Source of the DNA: Escherichia coli
GTDB taxonomy: Bacteria; Pseudomonadota; Gammaproteobacteria; Enterobacterales; Enterobacteriaceae
Reading direction: 5' to 3' (one strand)
Assembly: GCF_030013595.1 (NCBI RefSeq)
Contig: NZ_CP122770.1
DNA length: 64,000 nt
Position numbers and translations under genes: made by a program. Every line of letters starts with the position of its first letter. Position 1 is the first letter of the stretch. Of this stretch, positions 50,212 through 61,532 are shown piece by piece. The notes under the pieces were generated by a model. The model searched no databases. It worked only from the letters and a program-made list of their open reading frames with translations, and was not told the origin of the DNA.

Positions 50212-50915
50212 TGAAACCTGAAACAGAAATAGATGAAACCGGCAGCTTCGGTGAACCCGAAGAGAAACCCGCCCCCTTCTGGAAACGTTCCGTCTGGGGG
50301 ATATCTGTAGCAACATGGGGGCTATGTGCAGTCGTGTTGCTCGCAGCCATATGGTATCTGTTCCTGAGAGCGCCATCGGAAACAGGCATGCCTCCGTTTA
50401 ATGATGCGGATGCTGGCGTACAGACCTGGCAAACCACACAAGAATCATCACCTTCCGTTCAGTCCACTGATACCATGACTGTCCGGACAGGAGAAGATAT
50501 GAGCCAGCTTGCCCGGGATGTAAAAACAGAGCTGGATAACCGCGATGAAAAAATTCAGGCAACACTGAATATGCTTCACGACAGCATTAACAAGCTGGGC
50601 GAAGCTATAAAAAAGGATGAAGAATACGCACAGGAAACGCGCCGTCAGCTGGATGATATCCGGAGCCACCTGAACGGAATGATGACACAGAAAAGCGTCA
50701 CCGAATCCTCTTCCACACCGCATCCAGCAAAGAAAAAAACGTCGTCTGTACTTAACGGAATGAAAATCATGTCGATGGAAACTGGCATGGCCTGGATTCG
50801 CTGGCAGGGTAGTACCTGGGCTGTCAGAGAAGGTCAGACTCTGGGCAATGTGGTGATCCAGCGGATTGATCCGACGACCCGGACCATCATCACCAGTGCA
50901 GGGACGTTACGCTGA
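50211..50915 (+). CDS. traP: TraP (DotF-like)
   Basis: 234 aa with one TM segment and coiled-coil region; coupled start/stop. Confidence 0.7.
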   Translation: MKPETEIDETGSFGEPEEKPAPFWKRSVWGISVATWGLCAVVLLAAIWYLFLRAPSETGMPPFNDADAGVQTWQTTQESSPSVQSTDTMTVRTGEDMSQLARDVKTELDNRDEKIQATLNMLHDSINKLGEAIKKDEEYAQETRRQLDDIRSHLNGMMTQKSVTESSSTPHPAKKKTSSVLNGMKIMSMETGMAWIRWQGSTWAVREGQTLGNVVIQRIDPTTRTIITSAGTLR

Positions 50916-51442
50916 TGAACATGGATGCCCTGACCGCCATTGAGAACTTTGCCAGCAGTATTTTCAGTGCCGGAATGGATTTCCTGTTTACCTGGGGAGA
51001 ATTCATCGGGGTGATCAGCATGATTACCCTGTTTGCCCGCGCCCGTTCAGCCGGTCCGGTAAAAATGTCTCCCGGAAAATTTATTGCGGGGATGTTAACC
51101 AGCTGCATGCTCGTATCACTCCCGGCAATGATTAACGCCGGAGGCGTACAAATGGGATTCAGGGCTGACTCATTTGGCCCGATTGCATATGTACAACCTC
51201 AGACGTTTGGCGCTGCTGCTGGCGCAGCAAATGCAGTTCTGTCGCTGGCCAAGCTGGCCGGTGTTGGATTTGTAATGAACGGGATATCCATCTGGCGCAA
51301 GGCCGGACTCGATGGACATACCGCACTGAGTGCCAGTGAATCCGTCAGTAAGGGAAACGTCAAATTTATTGCCGGCGTCCTGCTGGTCTTTATCGATCGT
51401 GTCCTCAATGCCCTGCTGGCAAGCATTGGAATCGTCTTCTGA
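50915..51442 (+). CDS. traQ: TraQ (DotE-like) polytopic membrane protein
   Basis: 175-aa hydrophobic protein; coupled start/stop. Confidence 0.7.
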   Translation: MNMDALTAIENFASSIFSAGMDFLFTWGEFIGVISMITLFARARSAGPVKMSPGKFIAGMLTSCMLVSLPAMINAGGVQMGFRADSFGPIAYVQPQTFGAAAGAANAVLSLAKLAGVGFVMNGISIWRKAGLDGHTALSASESVSKGNVKFIAGVLLVFIDRVLNALLASIGIVF

Positions 51443-51492
51443 TTTTTTTCACCTTCATATAAACCACTGATATATCCATTTAAGGAGAAACT

Positions 51493-51897
51493 ATGTCACG
51501 TATTCGTGTCGTAGCGGCCCGTCTGTACGCCGCATTTATCCACGCACAACTGTTTGTAATGTCATGCCGGAGCAAACTGACTAAGTTCCTGCTGCTCATT
51601 CCCATGATGTTGCTGCCCAAAGCCGTTCTTGCCGATGGAGATCTTGCCGATATGGTTCGCAATGTCGAACAAGGTGCCAAAACAGCACAGTCATCATCAC
51701 TGACTATTGCGCAGTTCATCGGCGTAATTCTGTTTCTCGGGGGCCTGATTGGCCTGAAAAAAGTTGGGAAACAAGGGGGGATGGGACTGGCTAGTTGCAT
51801 TGTATCTATCGTCATTGGGGCGGTACTTGTCGCCGGACCTGAAATGATGAGTCGCAGCCAGAAACAGTTGGGGATTTCCTCAATTTCCATTGGCTAA
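51493..51897 (+). CDS. traR: TraR (DotP-like) membrane protein
   Basis: 134-aa hydrophobic protein; name by synteny. Confidence 0.65.
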   Translation: MSRIRVVAARLYAAFIHAQLFVMSCRSKLTKFLLLIPMMLLPKAVLADGDLADMVRNVEQGAKTAQSSSLTIAQFIGVILFLGGLIGLKKVGKQGGMGLASCIVSIVIGAVLVAGPEMMSRSQKQLGISSISIG

Positions 51898-51960
51898 TCT
51901 TGTCCAGGGCACTGGCATTTATCCGGTGCCCTTCCTGTTCGGCAATACAAGGAGGCACAT

Positions 51961-52149
51961 ATGTCTGCCTGGAGCCCGGAGCACATAACGTTACGACGAA
52001 CAGAAAACGGCAATGTGATTGCCCACGACAGTCGGGACGATCAGGAATTCATTTTTGCAGAATGCTGTTCCGATGAAATCGCAAACATCATTCTGGAAGC
52101 CGTGAAACGTTACACCAGTACGGAGCCTGCTCATGCAACACAGCATTAA
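51961..52149 (+). CDS. traS: TraS, small transfer protein
   Basis: 62-aa ORF overlapping the traT start; name by synteny. Confidence 0.55.
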   Translation: MSAWSPEHITLRRTENGNVIAHDSRDDQEFIFAECCSDEIANIILEAVKRYTSTEPAHATQH

Positions 52150-52933
52150 AGACTTGTGGTTGTATCCCTTTCCAGAAATTGATGTGGTTCATACACAGGA
52201 GCCACTGTTACCGGAACCGGAATTAACAACGCCCGGTCGATGTATCTGCTGCCGGCAAAACGTCAGGCACCGTTTCAGACTGGATGACTCATGGCCACTC
52301 AGACAGCTTACCGACACAATCAGTGACACACGAGTTCGTCTTAATAAGGCCACAGAACATCTGGATAAGTTAAAAAAGCGTGGTGAACCAGTCGCAACCG
52401 GCGAAAAGGAAAAGTACAACACGGCAGTAAAAGCCGCTGAACGGGCGCTTGAGCAGGCCCGTCTGTCTGCCAGACGTCTTTCACTCCGCCATGTACAGAA
52501 AGCTGAAATCACCAGTACAGAGTCGTTGTCAGAGAAAGAGCAGGAACTGTTTCATGAAGACGGCCCGCCTTACAGCTTATGTGCTTTCTGCCACGCCTGG
52601 CATTCACTGAATGGTTATGCCGCAGCACAGGGCGTTATGGTGTGGCTACCCGACCTTCATCCATCCACGGTCGTGGCCCTTAACCGTCGTTCATTACAGG
52701 AAGTTTTCAGTAATGATAAGTTCCGGGTCCGGCGGGGACGGGAAGCGCTCTCTGCACTGATGCAAAACAGACTGGCGGTTGAGGATAAATTCCGCAGTTT
52801 CCGCCCGGCCGATTTCGCTGACGTTTTTCGTCGCTATCCACCTTCCGGTCGTTCGCCCCTGCGTGAAAAAATGAACGGGATTGCCCTGATTCTGACACCA
52901 GATTCATTCATCAAAAAAGAATACGTTGATTGA
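52133..52933 (+). CDS. traT: TraT (DotN-like) cysteine-rich protein
   Basis: 266 aa with CICC..H and C..CHAWH motifs suggesting zinc binding. Confidence 0.7.
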   Translation: MQHSIKDLWLYPFPEIDVVHTQEPLLPEPELTTPGRCICCRQNVRHRFRLDDSWPLRQLTDTISDTRVRLNKATEHLDKLKKRGEPVATGEKEKYNTAVKAAERALEQARLSARRLSLRHVQKAEITSTESLSEKEQELFHEDGPPYSLCAFCHAWHSLNGYAAAQGVMVWLPDLHPSTVVALNRRSLQEVFSNDKFRVRRGREALSALMQNRLAVEDKFRSFRPADFADVFRRYPPSGRSPLREKMNGIALILTPDSFIKKEYVD

Positions 52934-53022
52934 TTTTTCTTCATGCCACTCCAGCGCGGGGTGGCATTAAAAAAATCAAACTGCACAAACCTCCCTCCTG
53001 TAAGTCCGGAGTTCCCTCACCT

Positions 53023-56000
53023 ATGAACATAAACCGTTTAATCTTCACTATCGAAGACTGTCTGAACACGCTATCCCGTTTCTCTGTCGCAAGCAGTTTT
53101 GTTGAGTATTGCGATTTACGTACTGTAATTGGTCTGGACAGACAGGATCGTGAACGTCGCCCATGGCTGAATTCGCCCTATATTGCAGCCACAAAGCGTG
53201 GAGAATATCTCTCTGTCTTTGAAGTCAGCGGTGCTTTCAGGGAAATGGATGAAGCATCCGACCAGACTGGCCCAGGTTCACTGGAATCGCTGATCACCAG
53301 CATGAGTGACAGCCTGAATACGGCATATAAAAACAGCGGTCATAAAATCAGCTTCGTTTTTGAGCGTGATCCTGACATGGGGAAAGAAGAAATCGAAGAC
53401 ATGGTCGCCCCACAAAAGCGCTCACTGGCTAATACAGGTATCCAGTTACAGGATGTGGTCGATGAGAAAGTCACAACACTGTCCCCATGGCTGGTCCGGG
53501 AGCGTTGCTGGCTGGCGATCTGGAGTGGACCCGACCTTATCAGCAACAGCGATCGCACCGCCCATGATGAGCTTGTCAGAAGACTGGCTGAACGGGTACC
53601 GAAAGCACGCTTTGCCCAGTCCCCCTGGCAGTGGGCCTTATCTGCACTGAAAATCCGCCACGAAGCTTTTCTTGATAATGTGGAACAGGCACTGAGACAT
53701 TCATCTGATGGCCTGATTATCCGGCTACTGGATATACACGAGGTCGGGCGTGAAATACGTCGTCAGACAGAACGGCACAGCACACCGCGTAACTGGCAAC
53801 CCCACCTGCCTGAAGATGCCCAGCCAGCGGGATATCGCTGGACTGACGATGAATCCGTACTACATGCTCCTTCATTGCATTTGCAGTTATTCAACACTCA
53901 GGTGACCACACAGGGCAACCTGGTTCAGGCGGGCGGACTCTGGCACGGAATGGTATCGATTACTTTACCTCCGCAAAATCTGCAGACGTTTAACGAACTG
54001 GTCCGTGCCGTCCCCCGCGCAGTCCCCTGGCGCATCAGAATGGATCTGATGCCCGGCGGGATGAAGGCTCTTAATCTGAAGAAAACGCTTCTGACTTACA
54101 GCAGCTTCATTTCTGCCGTTCGTCCAATGTATGAATCCGTTATGACCCTGGCGGCAACGGATGAAAAAGAACCTGTCTGCATAATGACCATCATGGCCTC
54201 CACGTGGGGAAAAACACGTGAAATATGCACACGAAACCAGGCCATTCTGAAATCGGCCATTGAAGGCTGGGGCGTATGTGGCACCACGACAACATTTGGC
54301 GATCCCCGACGCGCCTGGGTGAATACCATTCTCGCGGCATCCGGAGGCTCCGGCCCGGTTCCCCTGTATCCCCCGTTGTCACATGCCATCTCGCTTTTCC
54401 CGCTTAACAGGGCAGGCTCTGTCTGGCGAGGTAAAGGGAATCTTATGTTACATACAGAAGACGGTTCCGCATTTGAGGTTGGTCTGGCGTCATCCCAACA
54501 AAATAAACATACAGAACTGGCACCAGGCGATCCGGGACTGGGTAAATCAGTTCTGATTAATACGTTGTCGGAAATACAGATATCATCTGCTCAGAAAAAC
54601 CTGCCCTTCATTGCCTATATCGATAAGGGATACAGTGCTCAGGGACTGGTTCAGCTTATTCGCGACAGTCTTCCTCCGGAAAGAAAAGACGAAGCTGTCG
54701 GTATTATTCTGAGCAATGATCCGGAATACACCCGTAACCTTTTTGACGTGATGTACGGCGCTAAAAAGCCTATTACGCCGGAAAAGAATTTCATGTCATC
54801 TGTGCTGTGTGCTCTCTGTGTCGATACCGGTACCGGTCAACCCTGTAACCCCGGAGACACCCGACAAATTATCAACCAGCTTATCGAGCTGGCTTTTAAA
54901 GAGTACGGTGAAAATAATCCGCGACTTTATCGCGCCTCAACGGAAGAACTGGTGGATTCAGCACTGCAGGACTCGGGACTGTATGAAAAACATGATGCAA
55001 CCTGGTGGGCCAGATCAACCTGGTTCGAAGTCCGGGATATGCTCCACAATGCCGGGTATATCATGGCGGCTCAGCGGGCACATTATCAGGCAATGCCCCA
55101 GCTTCCCGAAGTGTCCTCGATGCTGGGCCATACCAGTCTCAGGGATGTTTTCGGTACTGTTCAGCGTGATGGTTCAAACGAACTTCTGCTGGACTACATC
55201 CGCCGCGCTCTCGAGCAGGGACATAACGACTACCCCATGATATCCGGGTATACCCGGTTTATGATCAACCCGGAAACCCGGGTCATCGCTGTCGATCTGA
55301 ATAATGTTGCCGGTGACAAAACGCCTGCAGGCAGGCTTAAAACCGGCATCATGTACCTGCTTGCAGGTCAGATCGCCGGTGGTGACTTCACCCTGCCACA
55401 ATACAGGGATGAAGTGTTAAAGCAGCTTCCACGGGAATACCATGAAATCGCTCTTAAACGTATTAACCAACTTGATCAGGAGGTTAAGACAAAAGTTTAT
55501 GATGAACTGCATAACGCCCGGGGCATTGACTTCATCTGGGAAAATCTGGATACCCAGGAGCGTGAGCAACGCAAGTTTGCTATCCGCACGGTTCTGAGTA
55601 CGCAGTATCTGAGGGACTACCCGGAAAGCGTTCTTAAGTCAGCAAATACTCTCTGGTTACTGCGCTACAAACCCGAAGATATCCCCGTACTGAGGGATAA
55701 CTTCAACGTGCCTGAATTTATGCTGAAACGCTTCCTGAAAATGCCGGAAGGCCCGGCACCAGATGGTAGTGGTGTTCCTGTTCTGGGAGTATTCAGGGTA
55801 AAAAGTGGCACGCTTGCGAGAATACTCAAATTTACCGTCGGTCCACTGGAGCTATGGGCGCTGAACTCATCGCCAAAAGACAGTGCCCTGCGTAAAACAC
55901 TGACAAATAAGTTAGGTTCAGTTCGGGCACGTAAGATTCTGGCCGAAAACTTCCCCAGAGGTTCTGCAACGTCATTAATTGAGCACCGGGCGGGCCAACA

Positions 56001-56067
56001 TAACAGTGACAATGTTATTGAAGAACTGGCCTCGGAGCTCATCCGAAAACAGGGATACAATCTCTGA
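53023..56067 (+). CDS. traU: TraU (DotO/IcmB-like) large secretion NTPase
   Basis: Walker A GDPGLGKSV; starting at ATG 53023 gives 1014 aa; the ORF-track start at 52930 is a TTG. Confidence 0.85.
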   Translation: MNINRLIFTIEDCLNTLSRFSVASSFVEYCDLRTVIGLDRQDRERRPWLNSPYIAATKRGEYLSVFEVSGAFREMDEASDQTGPGSLESLITSMSDSLNTAYKNSGHKISFVFERDPDMGKEEIEDMVAPQKRSLANTGIQLQDVVDEKVTTLSPWLVRERCWLAIWSGPDLISNSDRTAHDELVRRLAERVPKARFAQSPWQWALSALKIRHEAFLDNVEQALRHSSDGLIIRLLDIHEVGREIRRQTERHSTPRNWQPHLPEDAQPAGYRWTDDESVLHAPSLHLQLFNTQVTTQGNLVQAGGLWHGMVSITLPPQNLQTFNELVRAVPRAVPWRIRMDLMPGGMKALNLKKTLLTYSSFISAVRPMYESVMTLAATDEKEPVCIMTIMASTWGKTREICTRNQAILKSAIEGWGVCGTTTTFGDPRRAWVNTILAASGGSGPVPLYPPLSHAISLFPLNRAGSVWRGKGNLMLHTEDGSAFEVGLASSQQNKHTELAPGDPGLGKSVLINTLSEIQISSAQKNLPFIAYIDKGYSAQGLVQLIRDSLPPERKDEAVGIILSNDPEYTRNLFDVMYGAKKPITPEKNFMSSVLCALCVDTGTGQPCNPGDTRQIINQLIELAFKEYGENNPRLYRASTEELVDSALQDSGLYEKHDATWWARSTWFEVRDMLHNAGYIMAAQRAHYQAMPQLPEVSSMLGHTSLRDVFGTVQRDGSNELLLDYIRRALEQGHNDYPMISGYTRFMINPETRVIAVDLNNVAGDKTPAGRLKTGIMYLLAGQIAGGDFTLPQYRDEVLKQLPREYHEIALKRINQLDQEVKTKVYDELHNARGIDFIWENLDTQEREQRKFAIRTVLSTQYLRDYPESVLKSANTLWLLRYKPEDIPVLRDNFNVPEFMLKRFLKMPEGPAPDGSGVPVLGVFRVKSGTLARILKFTVGPLELWALNSSPKDSALRKTLTNKLGSVRARKILAENFPRGSATSLIEHRAGQHNSDNVIEELASELIRKQGYNL

Positions 56068-56681
56068 TGTGTACAATTCATATCACCCCACGCTGCCGGA
56101 GACCTGCCAGAGGGCAGGTATTTCTTAAAAAACTTGAGGTAAAAGGTGACAGTTTCTCATTCACTCTGCCGTCACGTGTCTTCAGGTTACATCCGGCCCC
56201 CAATCCCAGAGTGATATACGCCTCGGATGCCAGAACACAGGGAAAGGTTACAGGCATGCGGCTGTTGTTGCCGTCCAGCACAGATGAGCTGATAACAACG
56301 GCAATATGGCAGGTTTCTGTCCCGGATGAAGCACCATTCGACGTTCAGCATGTCATCCAGTGGATACTCCCTTCACCGCTGGCTTCGCTGATGTCCGATG
56401 ACACCTGGTTATGGCCATCTGTTCCCGGAACGCCGGCACTGAGTGCCGGTGACTGGCCTGTTATGGATACTGACCCTTCCACCTTACGGCGCGTCAGACG
56501 TCGTTCTTTCAGCATCATCGATAACCGGAACAGGAAAGGTTATATCACCAGGCGATATCAGTGTTTCCCACTGGCCCCACTACCTGAAGACAGAAAATAC
56601 GACAGCCTTCCTGACCTTGTGCTCCACCCCGAGCAGGAGACAATAAAATGCAAAGAAAAACATTACTCGCAGCCCTTATAG
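56067..56681 (+). CDS. traV: TraV transfer protein
   Basis: 204-aa ORF coupled to the traU stop; name by synteny. Confidence 0.6.
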   Translation: MCTIHITPRCRRPARGQVFLKKLEVKGDSFSFTLPSRVFRLHPAPNPRVIYASDARTQGKVTGMRLLLPSSTDELITTAIWQVSVPDEAPFDVQHVIQWILPSPLASLMSDDTWLWPSVPGTPALSAGDWPVMDTDPSTLRRVRRRSFSIIDNRNRKGYITRRYQCFPLAPLPEDRKYDSLPDLVLHPEQETIKCKEKHYSQPL

Positions 56682-57850
56682 CTATCCTGAATGGAACGGC
56701 ATACCAGGCTCATGCTTATTCAGTCACCGTCGTCGCCAGCCGTCCCGTTGAACAGCAGGTCGTCCCCAGAATGGAGGCCATCAAAGGTGTGCTGAGTGAC
56801 ATACTGAGTACCCAGACAGCCACGGGTACCGCTATCAATCAGAACTCTGAAAAGCTGGCAAGTGTCATTGCCCAGAACGGACAGGCGACACGTCAGCAGA
56901 TGATTTTCAGTAATGAAACTCAGCGCCTCGAGGAGGCACGGAAAAGCTTCACCGTGCCAGACTCCATCTGCAGTGAATCCGCATCAGGGATTGCAACAGA
57001 AAGCAAAAGTGCCTCAGCATCCGCAGCCTCAAAACTCAGTAAAGGTGGCGGTGTGAGCAACCGTAGCATCCGCGACCGTCTGGCCAGCGCAGCAAACTCT
57101 CCCGTGCGGGAAGCTTATGATGGCGCGGCCATACACGCCAGTTACTGTACAGAAGCAGAATATGCACGTTTTGGAGGAACCGCCGTTTGTCCTTCTGTGG
57201 GCGAAATACCAGGTGGAGACAGTCAGGTACGCTCGATTTACCACGGCGCAGGTACAGCGGACACACCTGCGGCACTGACATGGGATCAGAAGCAAATAGA
57301 TGCAGCGACTGCTTACATGAAAAACACTTCCCGCCCCTCTGCCGGTCGTGCTCTGGGTAAAGGAGAAGTGAATACCCAGAGTGGGCGAACCTACGTCGGA
57401 CTCCAGAACGAATACAACGGCATCATTGATTCTGCGTCGAATCCCCAACTGACGTTGATTGCTGACAGCACGCCTAATGAAAGCACACGTAAAGCACTGG
57501 CTGAAACACTGCAGTCAGACTCAGCGGCCGCTTACTTCGACCAGGTGGCTTCACCAGAAGCAAAAGCACGGGGATATATGAGTACCCGTGAGTTTGAAGC
57601 TTTTGAGGCTGGCCGGCGCTACGCCAACACAGCATACCTGGTGGATTTACAGGAAATGCAGGGGGATAACCTGCTCCGTGAACTGGTAAGAATCACTGCG
57701 CAAATGAACTGGCAGCTGAACGATCTGAAAGAACAGATCCGCCAGGGTAATGTTATCTCTGGCCAGCAACTGGCTCTGACTGCCCGCCAGTATTATGAAA
57801 AACAACTCGGTAGCCTTGAGAAAACAATCAATCAGGCAAACGCACGTTGA
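56648..57850 (+). CDS. traW: TraW exported transfer protein
   Basis: 400 aa with signal peptide; name by synteny. Confidence 0.65.
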   Translation: MQRKTLLAALIAILNGTAYQAHAYSVTVVASRPVEQQVVPRMEAIKGVLSDILSTQTATGTAINQNSEKLASVIAQNGQATRQQMIFSNETQRLEEARKSFTVPDSICSESASGIATESKSASASAASKLSKGGGVSNRSIRDRLASAANSPVREAYDGAAIHASYCTEAEYARFGGTAVCPSVGEIPGGDSQVRSIYHGAGTADTPAALTWDQKQIDAATAYMKNTSRPSAGRALGKGEVNTQSGRTYVGLQNEYNGIIDSASNPQLTLIADSTPNESTRKALAETLQSDSAAAYFDQVASPEAKARGYMSTREFEAFEAGRRYANTAYLVDLQEMQGDNLLRELVRITAQMNWQLNDLKEQIRQGNVISGQQLALTARQYYEKQLGSLEKTINQANAR

Positions 57851-57878
57851 AAGCTGACGTCAGAACAGGACTGAAACA

Positions 57879-58463
57879 ATGAATAAGTTACCGGAAAATT
57901 CAGACCAGACGAAAAACGTCAAAAAATCACTATCCATAACCCGCATAGCCACCCGGAGGATTATTAACATTTTTGTTCCTCTGATGGAGACTCGCCTGAT
58001 AACGAATTCTGTACAGCATATGCTGAAGCAACAAAAAAGCAGGCTGGAAAAATTTCGTCAGGTAAATAATAAAAAGGCGCAACTCTGCCTCTCGTGGGAA
58101 GAAGCTCTGCAGGCCAGCCATATGTCAGTAGACGACCTGGATCGTCGTTTCCGCCGGCGCAGAACAGTATGGCGGTTATGCTGCTGGAGTCTGCTGGCCA
58201 TCGCTTTATTCCTCAGCGGTATGCTCTTTGCCGCCTCCTCATTACCTTTGATGACACAGGTACGCGCCATCAGCACTCTTGTGTTGATTCTGTCAGGCGT
58301 CGCTCTTTGTGCTTCCAGAGCTCTGATAGTTACATACCGCCTCTGGCAGTTGCATGAACGAAAAGTCAGCGAACCCGAGCAGGGGACTTTCCGTGATTTT
58401 CTGAACGACCGCAATGGCTGGCGCAATGCCACATTAATTGCCGTAACCAGTAAACAATACTGA
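57879..58463 (+). CDS. traX: TraX membrane protein
   Basis: 194 aa with two hydrophobic segments; name by synteny. Confidence 0.6.
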   Translation: MNKLPENSDQTKNVKKSLSITRIATRRIINIFVPLMETRLITNSVQHMLKQQKSRLEKFRQVNNKKAQLCLSWEEALQASHMSVDDLDRRFRRRRTVWRLCCWSLLAIALFLSGMLFAASSLPLMTQVRAISTLVLILSGVALCASRALIVTYRLWQLHERKVSEPEQGTFRDFLNDRNGWRNATLIAVTSKQY

Positions 58464-58490
58464 TCACGTCCAGATGCCAGTACCACTGGC

Positions 58491-60728
58491 ATGTCGCCAT
58501 CCCCCTTAATTAAATCCTGTGTGGCCTTTGCCCATACGCAATTCTATTCCGGAGTTACTGTGAAAATTTTACTTCGCGCACTCTGTGCAGGCCTTGCTAT
58601 ATCCTCACTGCCGGCAATGGCTTCAGTGACCTATCAGGATATTGTGTCTGCCGCCACCAATCCTGACGATCTGTCCCGCCAGGCGCTGGTCACGATATTC
58701 GGTGATGTGGTCACCAATCCACTGTCAACCAGCGACCCCACCCTGATCGGAAGCATGTTCTGGGTGTTCAACAATATCATTGCCGTACTTGCTATCGTCT
58801 GGTGTATCTTCATTAGTATCCGCCATGTTGTGCGTTCGGGGCATCAGGGACAGGTATTCAGCGTCGGGCGCGATATTGTCGGCATACTGAGTTTCGTCGC
58901 AGGCTTTCTGATGATCGTTCCTACCGGAAATGGCTGGAGTCTCGCTCAGCTCATTATGTTATGGGGCGCATCGATAATGGGGGTTGGGTCCGCCAATGTG
59001 ATGGTGCAAGTTGCCGCTGATAATATCGCAAATGGTTATTCAATGACTGTACAGCCAGTTCAGGCATCCACACGAACAGCTGCGCGTGGCATTTTTGAAA
59101 TGGAACTATGTAAGTATGCGGTTAACGCAGGACTAAATGATTTTAATCAGACCGCCAAATCCTCGACTTCACTGATGACAGAATCAGCTAAAACCGCCAG
59201 TGGTAATTACACTGTCACGGTATCCAATGGCAGCGGTATCTGTGGTACAGCCAGCCTGTCAGTAGAAGGAAACGGAACAACAGATCAGTCGACGATTGGA
59301 AAATTCTTTAATCCCTTCAGTAAAAACGAGTACAGCGGTGTTATCTCAGCACAACGTGCAGCCATGGATAATATGATTAGCGACATGGACAACGCTGCCA
59401 GTGAGTTTGTGACAACATTTCTGGAAAAAAGAAATTCTGGCAACGGAACACTGCCGGATATCGAGACACGAATTCAGAAAGCAGCCGACGAATACGAACG
59501 TGCTGTGCAAAAATCGCTACCCACTGATAACGGAGAGCAATCCAGAAAAGAGGCTCTTAAATCTTATCTCACAACCTACGGGTGGGTAACGCTTGGCGCA
59601 TGGTATCAGACCTTTGCCACTGCTAACCAGCGTCTGGCAGAGCTGGCTGACAGAGCTCCAGCTGTAACTTCAATGTCATCACTGGGAGAAGTTGGTGATA
59701 CTGACTTATTCAGTGCGGTCATGAGTGCCTATAGGACGCAACTGCAGAATTCCTCCTATACGCCACCGCTGGGCACAGTAGTATCATCCAGTGAACAACG
59801 CATGGCAAATGCACAAGATCCGAAATCTGCCTTGTCTGAAATTATGGGCCCCCTTGTTAGTCTCACTAACAGGATTGCAACGGAAACAAGTGGCACAGGC
59901 ACAACCAGTGCTCAAATTAATCCTCTGATAAAAATGAAAAATATCGGAGATATAACAATGGTAAGTGCAGAAGGAATCTGGACTATATATACAACGGCCA
60001 GAGTTGTCGTTGCCGGTGGCAAAGATTCAATTCTTGTAAAATTCTTTAACTCACTAACAGGTGCCGCTTCGATGCTTACCGCGCTGTTTGAAGCACTTGC
60101 ACCACCTGTTTATTTTCTTTTGTTCCTGATGTTCTGTGCTGGATTTTCCTTATCAATTTACCTGCCATTCATTCCGTTTATTTTCTGGATGACAGGCATC
60201 GGGAACTGGATAGTCAGCGTATTAATAGGATGTACCGCCGGGCCGCTGTGGGCTGCAACACATCTCGGGACATCAGAAGACAGAGGAAGTCGGGCAGCCT
60301 ACGGTTATATATACTTAATTGATAGTATGATAAGGCCGCCCATCATGGTCTTTGGTTTTTTCTTTGCTTCTGTAGCCATCATCGCCGTAGGCACAATACT
60401 GAATGCATTATTTGGCGCTGCCCTGGTTAACGTACAGTTCAATTCGCTGACCGGTATTTTCAGTCTTGCTGGTTTCTTGCTGATATACGCCAGAATTTGT
60501 ACAACCACTGTAGCTGCCATATTTGCCCTTCAGGCCTACCTACCTGATCATGTTATTAACTTCCTAGGGGGACGTGATGGAGCCAACACGCTTGGCAGCA
60601 TGGCAAATTCTGTTAAAGAAATATTTATTGGAGGAAGTCGCAATATCCGACATACTCCTGGAATGAAAACAGATCGTCTTAAAGATAATACAAAAGGAAG
60701 TGACGACAAGGACGGAATAAAAGGATAA
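58491..60728 (+). CDS. traY: TraY (DotA-like) large polytopic inner-membrane protein
   Basis: 745 aa with signal sequence, large periplasmic domain and multiple C-terminal TM helices. Confidence 0.8.
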   Translation: MSPSPLIKSCVAFAHTQFYSGVTVKILLRALCAGLAISSLPAMASVTYQDIVSAATNPDDLSRQALVTIFGDVVTNPLSTSDPTLIGSMFWVFNNIIAVLAIVWCIFISIRHVVRSGHQGQVFSVGRDIVGILSFVAGFLMIVPTGNGWSLAQLIMLWGASIMGVGSANVMVQVAADNIANGYSMTVQPVQASTRTAARGIFEMELCKYAVNAGLNDFNQTAKSSTSLMTESAKTASGNYTVTVSNGSGICGTASLSVEGNGTTDQSTIGKFFNPFSKNEYSGVISAQRAAMDNMISDMDNAASEFVTTFLEKRNSGNGTLPDIETRIQKAADEYERAVQKSLPTDNGEQSRKEALKSYLTTYGWVTLGAWYQTFATANQRLAELADRAPAVTSMSSLGEVGDTDLFSAVMSAYRTQLQNSSYTPPLGTVVSSSEQRMANAQDPKSALSEIMGPLVSLTNRIATETSGTGTTSAQINPLIKMKNIGDITMVSAEGIWTIYTTARVVVAGGKDSILVKFFNSLTGAASMLTALFEALAPPVYFLLFLMFCAGFSLSIYLPFIPFIFWMTGIGNWIVSVLIGCTAGPLWAATHLGTSEDRGSRAAYGYIYLIDSMIRPPIMVFGFFFASVAIIAVGTILNALFGAALVNVQFNSLTGIFSLAGFLLIYARICTTTVAAIFALQAYLPDHVINFLGGRDGANTLGSMANSVKEIFIGGSRNIRHTPGMKTDRLKDNTKGSDDKDGIKG

Positions 60729-60798
60729 TATCAATATAAATATTGCACAACCTCCCCATCGGCATTAAAATAATAGATAGTACGAGGGGAGGCATTAT

Positions 60799-61461
60799 AT
60801 GAAAGCTAAAAAAGAAACAACAGACAGATTTCCAACCTGGTGGCTATTTTATTATGTATTAAGAAAAGCTTATTTCTTTCTTGGAATACCTTTTTTTCTG
60901 TTCTGCGCATTAGGCTTTACCGAAATGCTATGTTCTGATCGTTATTTCGGAAATAAGGTCGAAGATTATGTTGTCACTTTCGGTAGTTGGTTCTTATTAC
61001 TTGCGCCAGGCATATGGATGTACTCACGTGCAAAAACAAGGAGAGAAAAAATAAGAAAAGTTGTACAAACAATAAAAGAGTCAGGCTTCTACTCTCCAGA
61101 GAAGGGGTATGAGGGATTATCTTTAACCCAGGGAGCTTATTTCGGCATTGACCTTAAAAATGGCACAATGTTGTATGTCCGTATCTATCCAGGCAACATT
61201 ATGGATGTTATCGGTTTTGACATTCATAATTTCACTCGTACTGTAACAGACGACAAAAAACTGGAAATTCATACGAAATACATCAATCTGCCAATGGTTC
61301 CTGTTCCATCATGGTGTGCTCATCCAGAAACAGCATCAAACACCATGCACGCAATGGCAAGTCGAGGATATGATTACCCAGTCGACTTTCCTCGCCTGAT
61401 TCAGGAAAAGCGTAAGGAGTGGGAGCAGATTGCAGGCATGCCTGTAGCCGAAGTATTTTAA
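60799..61461 (+). CDS. excA: ExcA entry-exclusion protein
   Basis: 220-aa protein with N-terminal TM helices, located directly after traY. Confidence 0.7.
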
Positions 61462-61532
61462 GATAAGCTCCCTCCATAACAGCCGGTTCAAATGAGCCGG
61501 CTTTTGTTCATTACAACAGATAACTTATGCCG